64,000 bases of DNA from an uncultured Sphingobacteriales bacterium (GTDB lineage Bacteria > Bacteroidota > Bacteroidia > CAILMK01 > CAYYUA01), in the NCBI GenBank assembly GCA_964561545.1, contig CAZLQF010000003.1:74775-138774 (forward strand), given 5' to 3'. Shown piece by piece: positions 29,305 through 39,859 of this stretch. The translations under genes and the position numbers were made by a program. Below the pieces are notes generated by a model. It searched no databases and had not been told where the DNA came from. It was given only the letters and a program-made list of their open reading frames with translations. Position 1 is the stretch's first letter, and every line of letters begins with the position of its first letter.

Positions 29305-30747
29305 ATGATTTACTGGGCATTCATTATAGTTTTGATTGGGGGGGTGGTCTTTATATTGGCAAGAACCTTCCTTTTCAAATCCAGGCAGATCAAAGGTGGA
29401 CAACTCCCCCAAGTTCTAAAGTTGGAAGACCAGGCAATTCAGCGTTTTTCCCAACTGCTGCAATTTAAAACGGTATCTTATGAAGAAGATCAAAAAATGG
29501 ACTATGAACCCTTCAACCAACTAAGCAAATGGTTGAAGCAAGCCTATCCTGAAATTCATAACAACTTGGATCTATGGGTTATCAATGAGTACGGTTTGGT
29601 TTATGGTTGGCAAGGGAGCGATCCTGGTTTAGATCCAATTATACTTTTGGCTCATATGGATGTAGTACCAGCAGATAATCCTACTGAATGGACTCATCCA
29701 CCATTCAGTGGAGCCATTGCAAAAGGGTATATTTGGGGAAGGGGGGCTTTGGACGATAAGGTTGGTGTTTGTTCATTGTTTGAAAGCTTAACCTGTTTGT
29801 TACAGCAATCTTTTCAGCCTTCAAGGTCTATCTATTTAGCGTTTGGATATGATGAGGAAATTGGAGGCAGGGATGGCGCTGCAAAAATAGCTGAATGGTT
29901 TAAAAGCCAAAGCATCAATCCCTGGATGGTCCTTGATGAGGGATTGGCGGTTACAACAGGTATCGTTCCTGGCATTGAACAATCAGTTGCTTTGATTGGC
30001 TTGGCAGAAAAAGGTTCGGTATCATTGGATTTAGAAGTTAATCATCCCGGAGGCCATCCATCAATGCCAGAAAAAACCAATGCCGTTTCTATTTTAACCA
30101 ACGCCATTGAACAATTAAAGAACAAGCCTCTACCAGTTCAAATCTGTCAACCAGTTAAGGGGCTTTTTAAGCATATTGGTCCGGAGATGGGTTTTGCTAA
30201 TAAAATGGTGTTTGCCAACTTGTGGCTTACTAAAAAGTTGGTAGTTCAAAAGTTTACCCAAAGTGGTTCTGGCAATGCTACTATGCGTACCACCGTTACG
30301 CCTACCATAGTCAAGGCGGGTTCCAAATCCAATGTTGTGCCGGAACATGCTAAAGCCACCCTAAATGCAAGGATCATACCTGGAGAAACGGTCGGATCTG
30401 TTGTTAACCATATCCGTAAAAAGGTAAATGACCATATTAAAATCTCACAACATCCGAATGCCAATGATCCAACTCCAAAAGCCAATTATGAGAGCGATTG
30501 TTTTTATTCGGTACAGTCAGCCATCCATGATACCTTCCCGGATGCCATTACGGCACCTTCCTTGGTATTAGGAGCTACGGATGCCCGCAATTACAATATC
30601 TTAACGGATGAAGTTTACCGGTTTTCACCCATCAGGTTACAACAGGGGGATCTTCAAAGAATTCATGGAACAGATGAGCGCATAAGCATTGATAATTTCA
30701 GAGAAGCCATATCCTTTTATGTCAATTTCATCCGAAGCAATTGTTAG
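29305..30747 (+). CDS. M20 family metallopeptidase (membrane-anchored)
   Basis: LAHMDVVPA and GRGALDDKVG motifs of M20/M28 dimetallopeptidases. The ORF begins at 29185, but the likely start is Met at 29305, which gives an N-terminal signal anchor (MIYWAFIIVLIGGVVFIL). Confidence 0.75.
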   Translation: MIYWAFIIVLIGGVVFILARTFLFKSRQIKGGQLPQVLKLEDQAIQRFSQLLQFKTVSYEEDQKMDYEPFNQLSKWLKQAYPEIHNNLDLWVINEYGLVYGWQGSDPGLDPIILLAHMDVVPADNPTEWTHPPFSGAIAKGYIWGRGALDDKVGVCSLFESLTCLLQQSFQPSRSIYLAFGYDEEIGGRDGAAKIAEWFKSQSINPWMVLDEGLAVTTGIVPGIEQSVALIGLAEKGSVSLDLEVNHPGGHPSMPEKTNAVSILTNAIEQLKNKPLPVQICQPVKGLFKHIGPEMGFANKMVFANLWLTKKLVVQKFTQSGSGNATMRTTVTPTIVKAGSKSNVVPEHAKATLNARIIPGETVGSVVNHIRKKVNDHIKISQHPNANDPTPKANYESDCFYSVQSAIHDTFPDAITAPSLVLGATDARNYNILTDEVYRFSPIRLQQGDLQRIHGTDERISIDNFREAISFYVNFIRSNC

Positions 30748-30993
30748 CCAAAGCGTTACAAAACAATAGACTATGGTACTTGGTGTTACTATAACATACG
30801 CCAACCTCTAAATGAGAATGATCAGTTTTTGGACTTTTAAAAAATTGTTTTGTTGATTCATACATGAGGAAGGAATAAAACACTTGCGTTATTGAAGACT
30901 TAATTAAAAAAAACAGCTTATTCAGCTCTGGTTGTTATCTTCTATTGTCGAACATCGTAAGATGTAAATATCTGAATTTTTAAATTTAAGATT

Positions 30994-31443
30994 ATGGAAA
31001 AGCAGATCGTAACTGAATATTACAATTTCAATAATTATGTGATTCAAGTTAACCTGGAAGGCCTAAGCCTGGAAGAAAGCCTTCAAAAACCATTGGCAAA
31101 AGGGAATTGTATTAATTGGATCTTTGGGCACCTGTTGTTTACCCGAAATCATCTTCATGAGCTTTTGAACCTTGATCCGGCCATGGATAGGCGCTATGCA
31201 AATTTATATGATAGTGGAACTACCAAGAACCTTTCTAAGGAGGAAGTATTAGGTATTGAAACGATGATGAGCTTTTTTCAACAATCTCATGCCAACGTAA
31301 TGAATGTCATCAACAAGATCAATGATGAAAAAGAACAGGATTTTTGGAAAACCCTCGCTGGCCTTGCTTTTCATGAGGCTTACCATGCTGGGCAATTGGG
31401 CTTATTAAGGAAAGGGTTGGGTAAAGAAGGAAAAATTGGTTAA
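30994..31443 (+). CDS. DinB/YfiT-like family protein
   Basis: 149 aa. Conserved His residues including C-terminal HEAYHAGQLG, typical of the DinB_2 four-helix bundle family. Confidence 0.65.
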   Translation: MEKQIVTEYYNFNNYVIQVNLEGLSLEESLQKPLAKGNCINWIFGHLLFTRNHLHELLNLDPAMDRRYANLYDSGTTKNLSKEEVLGIETMMSFFQQSHANVMNVINKINDEKEQDFWKTLAGLAFHEAYHAGQLGLLRKGLGKEGKIG

Positions 31444-31511
31444 TTTGTTCTTAAATTTAATGATTAAAAAGCCAACGTATCCGAATAATTTCGGCTCCAA
31501 CCCTTTTATAT

Positions 31512-31961
31512 ATGAAGGAGCAAAATCTTAAAATTAGGAAAGTCAAACTACCTAAAGACCAACTAATCGTTGTCAGGGCTTTCAAGGGTGCTCTCTATAA
31601 GATACCAGCATCCATTGAAAAATTGAAAGCCGATCTTCGACATCAAGGTCTTTCATTTAGAGAATATGAAGCCATCTTAACGCTTGAGGGTTTTCCCACT
31701 ATGGATGAAATCAATTCCTTAAAAGGCTGGTATGGGGTTATCGCCAATGAAGCCAACCAAGTAAATGATCCATTCGAAATACAAAAATTTCCTGCAGTCA
31801 GGTATTATTATGCCCGCTATAAAGGAACCATACCTGATGGTTTTGAAGCCGTTAGTAAAGCTATGAATTCAAAACGTGGGCAGAAGATCATCAAAACCTA
31901 TATAGTCTTTTCTTATGAAAAAGGTGCATTAGTTAATGAATTCTTTTGTCAATTAGGTTGA
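31512..31961 (+). CDS. GyrI-like small-molecule-binding domain protein (tentative)
   Basis: 149 aa. Size and predicted secondary-structure pattern fit the AraC effector-binding/GyrI-like fold. No strong motifs. Confidence 0.4.
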   Translation: MKEQNLKIRKVKLPKDQLIVVRAFKGALYKIPASIEKLKADLRHQGLSFREYEAILTLEGFPTMDEINSLKGWYGVIANEANQVNDPFEIQKFPAVRYYYARYKGTIPDGFEAVSKAMNSKRGQKIIKTYIVFSYEKGALVNEFFCQLG

Positions 31962-32370
31962 AATTTTTGCTACTTGGTTTTTAAGCGGTTTTTATTAACT
32001 ATCTACATTAGAGGGTCGATTCCCTTGCTTAAATTTTTAATAAATGAAATGTGCTATTAGGGGCTAACATCGCAATGGCAGGGTTTATCTATTGGTATAT
32101 GGCATGTGCAACAACCAAAAGCAAAAAGTTCAAGGTTGTTATAAAACAACCAGAAATATTCCATTTCCTTCGTCTTTCTGGCCTATTATCATCAATCCTA
32201 AAGCCTGGATGCCTCATTCTTAGTTATTAAGTGTTTAATTTGTTGAGCATTAAAGCCAAAATATAAGGCTTTAACGTTTGTTCTAAGTTAATTGAATGGT
32301 TATTTAAGATCAATCTACCAAACTACTTATCTTTGTTCGAATTTATTAGTTACGGGTACGTTTAAAGCTT

Positions 32371-32736
32371 ATGGATCAATTGATTTATCATATTAACAAA
32401 CCAAATAGATGGGAAGAAGCCAAGAAAAAGGGTTACTTAACAACCGATAACTTTGAAAAACGTGGTTTTATTCATTGCTCTACTAGAGCGCAAGTACTAT
32501 TTGTTGCTAATGTGCTTTACAAAGGGCAAAAAGACCTGCTCTTATTAGGTTTGGATGAAGCGCTATTGGATGGTCAAGTAAGGTATGAGGAGCCGGGAGA
32601 TGGCTATCCCCGTTTGTTTCCGCATCTCTATGGTAAAATTAATTTGAATTCGGTTAAAAAGATCGCAGGATTTGAACCTGGAAAAGCTGGCTATTTTGTT
32701 TTCCCAGAGCAATTTGATGAAGTTACAACCAATTAA
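32371..32736 (+). CDS. DUF952 family protein
   Basis: 121 aa. RGFIHCST...FPHLYG pattern characteristic of DUF952. Confidence 0.6.
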   Translation: MDQLIYHINKPNRWEEAKKKGYLTTDNFEKRGFIHCSTRAQVLFVANVLYKGQKDLLLLGLDEALLDGQVRYEEPGDGYPRLFPHLYGKINLNSVKKIAGFEPGKAGYFVFPEQFDEVTTN

Positions 32737-32744
32737 ATTGAAAG

Positions 32745-33035
32745 ATGACCAGAAAGATGGTGTTGCTGTTTAATAGGATAAAAGGCTTGTTTAGAAGGGC
32801 TTTAAGCACCGGGGTTATCATGGTTGTCATCTTAGGGGGTTATGGCTGTAGAAAATGTATAGATTGCAGTTACACCTACCAAGACTCAAAATCCGGTAAA
32901 GAATTGGAATACAACTATGCCGAATTTTGTGGCTCCAATGAAGAGGTCGATAACTTTGAAAAAAAAGTTGAAAATGAAGCAGCAGAGGTGGATGGTGAAG
33001 TCAAGTGCCAAGAAGAAAATACTTTAATTAATTAG
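32745..33035 (+). CDS. small Cys-rich secreted/anchored hypothetical protein
   Basis: 96 aa. Hydrophobic N-terminal segment, then CRKCIDC...FCGS...KCQ (5 Cys) and an acidic C-terminus. Start uncertain. Confidence 0.35.
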   Translation: MTRKMVLLFNRIKGLFRRALSTGVIMVVILGGYGCRKCIDCSYTYQDSKSGKELEYNYAEFCGSNEEVDNFEKKVENEAAEVDGEVKCQEENTLIN

Positions 33036-33071
33036 CAATGATATTTGAATGCTTTCTTTAACAGATAACCT

Positions 33072-34538
33072 ATGAAAAAGTACTTATTTGAGATAATTGT
33101 GTTTTTTAGCGGTGCTATTGTTATGATTTTAGAAGTGGTGGGGTCAAGGGTTTTAGCACCTTATTTAGGTACTTCAATATTCATTTGGACCAGTTTAATT
33201 GGTATTATCCTGGCAAGTTTAAGCCTGGGTTACTATTTAGGCGGTAGGCTTTCAGACCGATCTCCATCATTGGATGTACTTGCTACGATCCTGTTTTTTG
33301 CTGCCATTCTTGTTGGGATCACTACATACGTTAAAGCACCTTTTCTTAATTTTCTATTGTCCCAAACCTCTGATCTCAAATTAGGATCGGTTATAGCCAC
33401 GATCGTATTATTTGCATTACCCAGTACGCTGTTGGGGATGGTTTCGCCTTATTGCATTAAGTTAAGGCTCAAAAGCCTTAATACAAGCGGAAGCACTGTG
33501 GGTAATTTGTATGCCATATCAACTATTGGAAGTATTGCGGGAACCTTTTCTGCCGGCTTTTATTTGATCCCATGGCTTGGGACTACTACCATTTTGTTTC
33601 TTTTAGCCATCACGTTAATGATCTTGTCTATCCTTGCCTATGCCAAAAATCAATTTGTTTTGAGAACAGCCATTCTTTTTGGCCTAATCGTATTGGCCTA
33701 TACCTATGAGAGCCATTCAAGTATTATAGAGGTTGATACGAAATACAACAAGGTTTGGATTTATTCTCAAAAGCCCCATGATACAAGCCGCGAAAAGAAA
33801 ATAATGCAAGTAAATAGACAAAAAGCCTCAACTGTTTATACAGATACCAAAAGTACGGCCAGTGCATATGTCAAATATTTTGATCTGGCTAAATTTTTTA
33901 AACAAGATGTAAATAAAGCGCTAATAATAGGAGGGGCCGGTTACGAATACCCCCGCCATTTTTTAACCACTTTTCCTGATGCAACTATAGATGTTGTAGA
34001 AATCGATCCTAAGCTAACAGACCTGGCCAGGAGGCATTTTTATTTAAAAGACAATCCACGCTTGTCTATTCACCACATGGACGGACGTATCTTTTTAAAC
34101 CAAATGCAGCAGCAATATGATGTGATCTATGGCAACGCATTTAATTCAGCTGCTTCAGTTCCTTACCATTTAACAACCCTTGAAGCGGCCCGCCAGATGA
34201 AAGGGGGCTTAAAGGAAGATGGGGCAGCCTTTATCAATGTTGTTTCTTCATTAAAAGGAGTAAAAAGTAAGTTTTTAAGGGCTGAATATAAAACCTTTAA
34301 AGCTGTTTTCAACCATATTTTTTTATTTCCGGTCCAATACCCAGATGATCCTAAAAAAATTCAAAATATTATTATGGTTGCATTAAAAGGTAAAGCACCT
34401 GAATCCCTAAGCAGTAAAAATCCAAAATTTCAAAAATACCTTGATCATTATTGGAATGAACCCATTGAAACTGATTTGCCTGTTTTAACCGATAACCATG
34501 CCCCTGTTGATTATTACCTTGATGATATAACTGAGTAA
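33072..34538 (+). CDS. fused membrane domain / spermidine synthase-like (polyamine aminopropyltransferase family) protein
   Basis: About 6 N-terminal TM helices, then IIGGAGYEYPRHF...DVVEIDPKLTDLARRHF...DVIYGNAF class I MTase/spermidine synthase fold motifs. Confidence 0.7.
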   Translation: MKKYLFEIIVFFSGAIVMILEVVGSRVLAPYLGTSIFIWTSLIGIILASLSLGYYLGGRLSDRSPSLDVLATILFFAAILVGITTYVKAPFLNFLLSQTSDLKLGSVIATIVLFALPSTLLGMVSPYCIKLRLKSLNTSGSTVGNLYAISTIGSIAGTFSAGFYLIPWLGTTTILFLLAITLMILSILAYAKNQFVLRTAILFGLIVLAYTYESHSSIIEVDTKYNKVWIYSQKPHDTSREKKIMQVNRQKASTVYTDTKSTASAYVKYFDLAKFFKQDVNKALIIGGAGYEYPRHFLTTFPDATIDVVEIDPKLTDLARRHFYLKDNPRLSIHHMDGRIFLNQMQQQYDVIYGNAFNSAASVPYHLTTLEAARQMKGGLKEDGAAFINVVSSLKGVKSKFLRAEYKTFKAVFNHIFLFPVQYPDDPKKIQNIIMVALKGKAPESLSSKNPKFQKYLDHYWNEPIETDLPVLTDNHAPVDYYLDDITE

Positions 34539-34730
34539 CCTAAGTTAATTATGGTATTTTTAGTAATAAGAATGTAGTTATTATAAAAATAGTAATAACC
34601 AATATTATATTTAGCTTATAATAAAAAATTAAAAAATTAAAAAACATAAAATATATAAATTATATAAAGATAATGTCTTTGTTTAATTTTCTAAGGTTTG
34701 GTTTGTAAAATAAGTTTTTCCTAATTTTGA

Positions 34731-34738
34731 ATTGCAAT
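34731..34738 (+). promoter_or_regulatory. candidate Bacteroidota sigma-A -7 box (TAATTTTG) in AT-rich leader of the giant type B CTD gene
   Basis: TAnnTTTG consensus 36 bp upstream of the ATG at 34774. The surrounding 230 bp is over 80% AT with AAAAATT repeats. Confidence 0.3.
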
Positions 34739-34773
34739 TGGTTAAGCTATTGAGTAATTAAAAACCTGAAGGA

Positions 34774-37700
34774 ATGAATCTTTTAAAGAGAGTAGTTATT
34801 GGTTTAACGATGTTAATCGTTGCGGGGTTATTGAATGTATCAACAACCCAAGGCCAATGCACTAATATAGATTTCCAGGCTAATAAAACTAAGTCTTGTG
34901 TAAGTCAAATAACATTTAGTGCCACGGGCATTCCTGATAACAGCACCCTTTATTGGGATTTTGGAGAAGGAGAAATACAACGAAATGATACCTTCATTAA
35001 AGAATTTTTCTCAGAAAAAGGCTTTTATGATGTTGATCTTCGAGTGGTTTTGCCCAGTGGAAATGAGTGCAACATTCAAAAATCTGATTTTATTCAAATA
35101 GGGGTTAATCCCAATGCGGATTTTCAATTAAGTGATACATTGCTGTGCAATGGTTCGGGGAGTGTTACTTTTACGGATACTAATAAAGCCATCAACGAAA
35201 GAGATTGGGTAATCGGGGGACAGGATTACACCGATGCTGATTCTCAAATAACTCACAACTTTTCAAGTACAGGCTATAAAGACGCTTTTTTAATTACCAA
35301 AGATTCCTTGGGATGTAACTACTACTTACAAAAAGATTCTGTAGTTTATATACCACCTCAAGTCGGTGTTGATTTTAGTACCAGTGACGCCACTTCTGGT
35401 TGCACTCCGCTGAACAATATTCAAATCACCCCCAGCTTGAATCAAGGCGGACAAACTTTAACCCAATACAAATGGTACTTTCCTGGTTCAGATGTTGATT
35501 CTGACTCTAGCTCCAGTGATCCTGTACCTCCGGCAATATCTTATGGATCCCGAGGTACTTATGATGTTACATTCGAGGTCGAAACTGCCCTGAATTGTAC
35601 TTATTCAACCACAAAAAGCGGTTTCATACAAGCCGGAGATTCAATCGGGGTGGATTTTTCAACCAATACCGACAGTATTTGTTCTGGAGGCTCAGTAACA
35701 TTAGTCAATGAGTCGGATAGTTCAGAAGCAAATGCCCCTGGCGGTTTTAATTGGGGCCTTGATGGGGGTACTGTTGTTTCCTCATCAACCGATACGCAAG
35801 AGGTCAAATTCAATGCAACCGGTAGCAAAAATATAAGTTTGAATTATAGCGACAATGGCTGTTCTAATAACAAGACAGCAAATAATTTTATTTTTATAAA
35901 AGGTGTAACAGCCGATTTTAATGCCGATAGTATCCGAAATTGTCAACCTCCATTGACTACTTATTTCACCGATCAATCAACTTCCAACTCGGCTGGTTCC
36001 ATTACCAGTTATGAATGGACCTTTTTTGACAAAACGGGCGATAATGTGCTGGGAACCTCAACCAGTCAAAATGACAGTTTTACTTATGATTCTACAAACG
36101 GATTTGGCTCCTATGATGTAAAACTTAAAGTTACCCATTCCAACGGCTGTTCTGATTCAATAACTAAAACTGAGGTGGCAACCATTGAGGAACCGAGGGT
36201 GCAGTTTAATGCTGAACATTCAGCCGTTTGTCCTCAGGATACCGTTAAATTTTCAAATAACACGGAAGCCTATTCTAAAATTGAAGAAAATGAAAAATTT
36301 GATTGGTATGTTTACGATGGAGGGCTCAACTTAATTGATTCAGCTAAGAATCCAGAAGAGTTTGGTTACCGGGTGCATGATTCATTGGGTAATTATAGTT
36401 TCAAACTCATTACCCATGATGGTGTAGGTTGTAACGACACGCTATTTGATACCAATACAGTTCAAGTAAAAGAACCAGCCATCAATTATACAATTGGTCA
36501 AAAACAAGTTTGCAGTGGGGTAAGTGTTAATTTTACAGCTTCTGATTCCAGCAATCTTCCACTCGACTATACTTTTGATTTCAGCAATAAAGATACCTTA
36601 TTTTCGAGGAATGGGAGCGATGTTAATACTGCCTTCCCAGCCCCTGGAACTTATGACGTAAAATTGACAGGAAAAGCTGATACTTTTTGTACCGATTCCC
36701 TTTCAAAAACGGATAGTGTTAAGATTAATAGTTTAGCAGGTGATTTTTTAATAGATAGTACCAAGGGCTGCAGCCCGTTGACAACCAAAGTGAAGCCATC
36801 CAATTTTCAAATCAGCAATACCAACAACAATGATTCAATTCAATACACCTGGAGCGGATCTTCCGGAGTCAGTTTTTCAAATAAAACCGGAAAGGTAGAT
36901 ACCTCAAATATAGATTCCATTACTTCGGATGTTACCGTAACCGGTAACGGTAATTTTACCATCACGCTTGATGCTAATAATTTAGAAGGCTGTTCTCAAA
37001 CCATCAGTAAAACTAATGCCATTAGTTTGGGGACCAATGCAAGTTTTAATATGCCTTCCAATGCTTGTTTGAATGATACCGTACAACTGTCCAACCAATC
37101 GCCTATAGATGACAACTCTAAATGGCTTAATGACAACCCTAACCTAGAATTCCTCCCTTTTGATATCGCAACGGATCCTGAAATTTCTTTTTCCGACACT
37201 GGCACTTATGAAGTAACCCTTGCTTCTACTTCTCAATTAGGATGTAAGGACACGATAACAGATAGCATTACGGTCGAAAAAGTTACTGTAGATTTTTCAT
37301 CTCAGGATACGTTTTATACGTGTGCTCCTCAAATTGTTAAGTTTCAAGGTACAGCCAATAACGCAACGCAGTTCAGTTGGCATTTTGGGGATAATACTGG
37401 AACAGAAAATACGTCATCCCCCTCCAATAACCATCTGTATGAACAAAATACTGGCGGTACAGGGCAAGGTGGATTTGATGTTACGCTTATAGGAACTAAT
37501 AGCAATGGATGTAGTGATACCCTTGTTAGGGACAATTACATACAGATCATTGGTCCTGCTCCTGAATTTACCATGAATAACAATAAAGGTTGCGAGCCAC
37601 AAACCGTAACTTTTAATGATAGCAGCAAGAATGTTGAAACTTTTTATTTCGATTATGGAAGAGGGTTGCCAACTGATTCCAATGAAATCAACCCACGTAC

Positions 37701-39744
37701 TTATCAAACAAAACCTGATGTAGCTTATACTTCTTATAAACCTTCTATGTTCGCTTTTGGCCCATCCGGCTGCCCACCTCGTACGTTTGAACCTGAAGAT
37801 AGTATCGTTGCTTACAAAAGACCACGGGCACAATTTAATGCTGACCCCCACAAAGCATGTAATCCTGTAGAGGTCCAGTTTTCCGATTCCACAACTTTCG
37901 GTGCTGATTATGAATGGGATTTACAACATGATGGCACCTTTGATGATACTGTCAAAAACCCCACCCACACCTATAGTCAACCAGGAGATTATTCTGTATT
38001 TATGCGAGTAACCACGCAATTTGGTTGTCAGGATTCCATGCTACAAACAGATACAATTACTTCCTATCCAGTACCAGAAGCTGATTTTGAAACCGCTGAT
38101 ACTTTCCTTTGCTATGGCGAGGAACTTAATTTGTCCAACTTAACCACGTCAAATACTTCCATTACTGACTATCAATGGAATTTTGGAGATAATGGAGCTA
38201 CGGATGACACGTCTGATCAAGAAAACCCCGCTCCCTATTCCTATCAAGCCAAAGGTCCGGCTACAGTTTCCCTGGCAATTGAAGATGTTAATGCTTGTAA
38301 AGATACCATGGTCAAAACGGATTATGTATTAGTGGACCGGGAAATTTTACCACCAACTACTGAGTTAAATTATGTGAGTGTGGAAGATAGCAACCGAATT
38401 AACTTAAATTGGCAACAAAACCCAATTGATGATTTTGTTAAATATTTCATTAACCGTAAAGAGCCTTCAACTACTTTCAGTAGGTATGATTCGGTTCAAA
38501 ATCAAATAGATACAAGCTATTTAGACGTGCTTAGTAATCAATCTGCCAATTCTGGGCCTTTATGTTATACAATGGAAACATCTGATGTATGTCGAAATAT
38601 ATCCAATCCAGGTCAAGAACATTGTTCAATTCATTTAACGATTTCAAATCCAGCTTCGGCTCAAAACCTACTTGATTGGACGCCCTACGTTGGCTGGACC
38701 GATGTAGATCGCTATTCAATATACAGGAAAACAGAAGACAGTACTTTTTCCTTGTTGACAGAAGTATCGGGCGACTCTACGCAATACCTTGACGAACCGG
38801 TTTGTAATGAACGCTATTGTTATTACATCATCGCTCATCATCCCAGCGAGGATTTTACCTCTAAGAGTAACCAAGCTTGCAAAGAACCGCCCTATGAACT
38901 ACAAGAAGAACCGCTTGACCTGAACTATACCACAGTTTTAAATGATTCTTTTACCCAAACCTCTTGGGAGCCTGGTATCCAATCTAATATTGATGAATAT
39001 ATTATAGATCGGTATCAAAAGGAAAATGGTTGGCAACAAGAATATGCCACTACTGAATCAACTCAGTTTAGGGATCTACCAGCAATGGTTAATCGCTCAT
39101 CTTATCAATACCGGGTTACAGTAAAAGACCAATGTGGCAATGTAAGCGATCCGAGTAATGTTGGATCCTCTATCTATCTTCAAAGCATTAACAAAGAGGA
39201 TGCGGTCCAGCTCAAATGGACGCCCTATGAAAATTGGAAATCCGGTATCCAGAATTACACCATTAAAGCCTTAAAACAAAATGGCCAATTCGAGAAAATT
39301 GCTACTGTTTCAAGTGAGGATTCTGCCTACGTAGATGATGAATTGAAATTTGAAACCGCAGACGGCTATTGTTATAAGGTAGTAGCCAAACAGAAAGGCT
39401 TACAAAATGACTCTTCCGTATCTAATAGTTCTTGCACCATTATTCCAGCCAGGGTATTTATTCCTACAGGCTTTTCACCCAATGGCAATGGGCTTAACGA
39501 AACTTTTGGAGTCGTTGCAAAATCAGTCCGTAATCAAGCCGATGAAGATGGATTAGAATTTACCTTTAAAATCTTTAATCGCTGGGGACAAATGGTATTT
39601 CAAACCAACGATCTGGACGAAGAATGGGATGGAACGATTGATGGTGAACCCGCCCCAACGGGCACTTATCATTATTTCCTGGAGGCTTATGGAAAAGATG
39701 AACAGCAATTTTTTATTGATGGTAAAGTGAAACTGATTAGGTAG
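34774..39744 (+). CDS. giant secreted PKD-repeat protein with T9SS type B (gliding-motility-associated) C-terminal domain
   Basis: 1656 aa. Signal peptide. At least 10 PKD-like repeats (W.F.....YxxxGxYxVxL). Fn3-like modules near the C-terminus. Final ~90 aa (VFIPTGFSPNGNGLNETF...FKIFNRWGQMVFQTND...WDGT...GTYHYFLEAYGKD) match the CHU_C / type B T9SS sorting domain. Confidence 0.85.
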   Translation: MNLLKRVVIGLTMLIVAGLLNVSTTQGQCTNIDFQANKTKSCVSQITFSATGIPDNSTLYWDFGEGEIQRNDTFIKEFFSEKGFYDVDLRVVLPSGNECNIQKSDFIQIGVNPNADFQLSDTLLCNGSGSVTFTDTNKAINERDWVIGGQDYTDADSQITHNFSSTGYKDAFLITKDSLGCNYYLQKDSVVYIPPQVGVDFSTSDATSGCTPLNNIQITPSLNQGGQTLTQYKWYFPGSDVDSDSSSSDPVPPAISYGSRGTYDVTFEVETALNCTYSTTKSGFIQAGDSIGVDFSTNTDSICSGGSVTLVNESDSSEANAPGGFNWGLDGGTVVSSSTDTQEVKFNATGSKNISLNYSDNGCSNNKTANNFIFIKGVTADFNADSIRNCQPPLTTYFTDQSTSNSAGSITSYEWTFFDKTGDNVLGTSTSQNDSFTYDSTNGFGSYDVKLKVTHSNGCSDSITKTEVATIEEPRVQFNAEHSAVCPQDTVKFSNNTEAYSKIEENEKFDWYVYDGGLNLIDSAKNPEEFGYRVHDSLGNYSFKLITHDGVGCNDTLFDTNTVQVKEPAINYTIGQKQVCSGVSVNFTASDSSNLPLDYTFDFSNKDTLFSRNGSDVNTAFPAPGTYDVKLTGKADTFCTDSLSKTDSVKINSLAGDFLIDSTKGCSPLTTKVKPSNFQISNTNNNDSIQYTWSGSSGVSFSNKTGKVDTSNIDSITSDVTVTGNGNFTITLDANNLEGCSQTISKTNAISLGTNASFNMPSNACLNDTVQLSNQSPIDDNSKWLNDNPNLEFLPFDIATDPEISFSDTGTYEVTLASTSQLGCKDTITDSITVEKVTVDFSSQDTFYTCAPQIVKFQGTANNATQFSWHFGDNTGTENTSSPSNNHLYEQNTGGTGQGGFDVTLIGTNSNGCSDTLVRDNYIQIIGPAPEFTMNNNKGCEPQTVTFNDSSKNVETFYFDYGRGLPTDSNEINPRTYQTKPDVAYTSYKPSMFAFGPSGCPPRTFEPEDSIVAYKRPRAQFNADPHKACNPVEVQFSDSTTFGADYEWDLQHDGTFDDTVKNPTHTYSQPGDYSVFMRVTTQFGCQDSMLQTDTITSYPVPEADFETADTFLCYGEELNLSNLTTSNTSITDYQWNFGDNGATDDTSDQENPAPYSYQAKGPATVSLAIEDVNACKDTMVKTDYVLVDREILPPTTELNYVSVEDSNRINLNWQQNPIDDFVKYFINRKEPSTTFSRYDSVQNQIDTSYLDVLSNQSANSGPLCYTMETSDVCRNISNPGQEHCSIHLTISNPASAQNLLDWTPYVGWTDVDRYSIYRKTEDSTFSLLTEVSGDSTQYLDEPVCNERYCYYIIAHHPSEDFTSKSNQACKEPPYELQEEPLDLNYTTVLNDSFTQTSWEPGIQSNIDEYIIDRYQKENGWQQEYATTESTQFRDLPAMVNRSSYQYRVTVKDQCGNVSDPSNVGSSIYLQSINKEDAVQLKWTPYENWKSGIQNYTIKALKQNGQFEKIATVSSEDSAYVDDELKFETADGYCYKVVAKQKGLQNDSSVSNSSCTIIPARVFIPTGFSPNGNGLNETFGVVAKSVRNQADEDGLEFTFKIFNRWGQMVFQTNDLDEEWDGTIDGEPAPTGTYHYFLEAYGKDEQQFFIDGKVKLIR

Positions 39745-39859
39745 GCTTCAAATCTAAAGAACTTGATCATTTGAAGCTGTTTAACACTTGATTGTCTGGT
39801 AAATTGGCTTAAATGTTAGCTTCAGTTTGAGTTCTTAGCCAAAATTGGTCAGGGATGTA

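Noticed and set aside
32017-32040. GAGGGTCGATTCCCTTG resembles a tRNA T-arm (GGTTCGATTCC-like), which would suggest a tRNA or a tRNA 3' fragment of the kind left at integrative-element attachment sites
   Set aside because: The canonical T in the loop is missing. The upstream 50 nt have no D-arm or anticodon-arm features, and no acceptor-stem complement is present. It is most likely chance similarity in an intergenic region.
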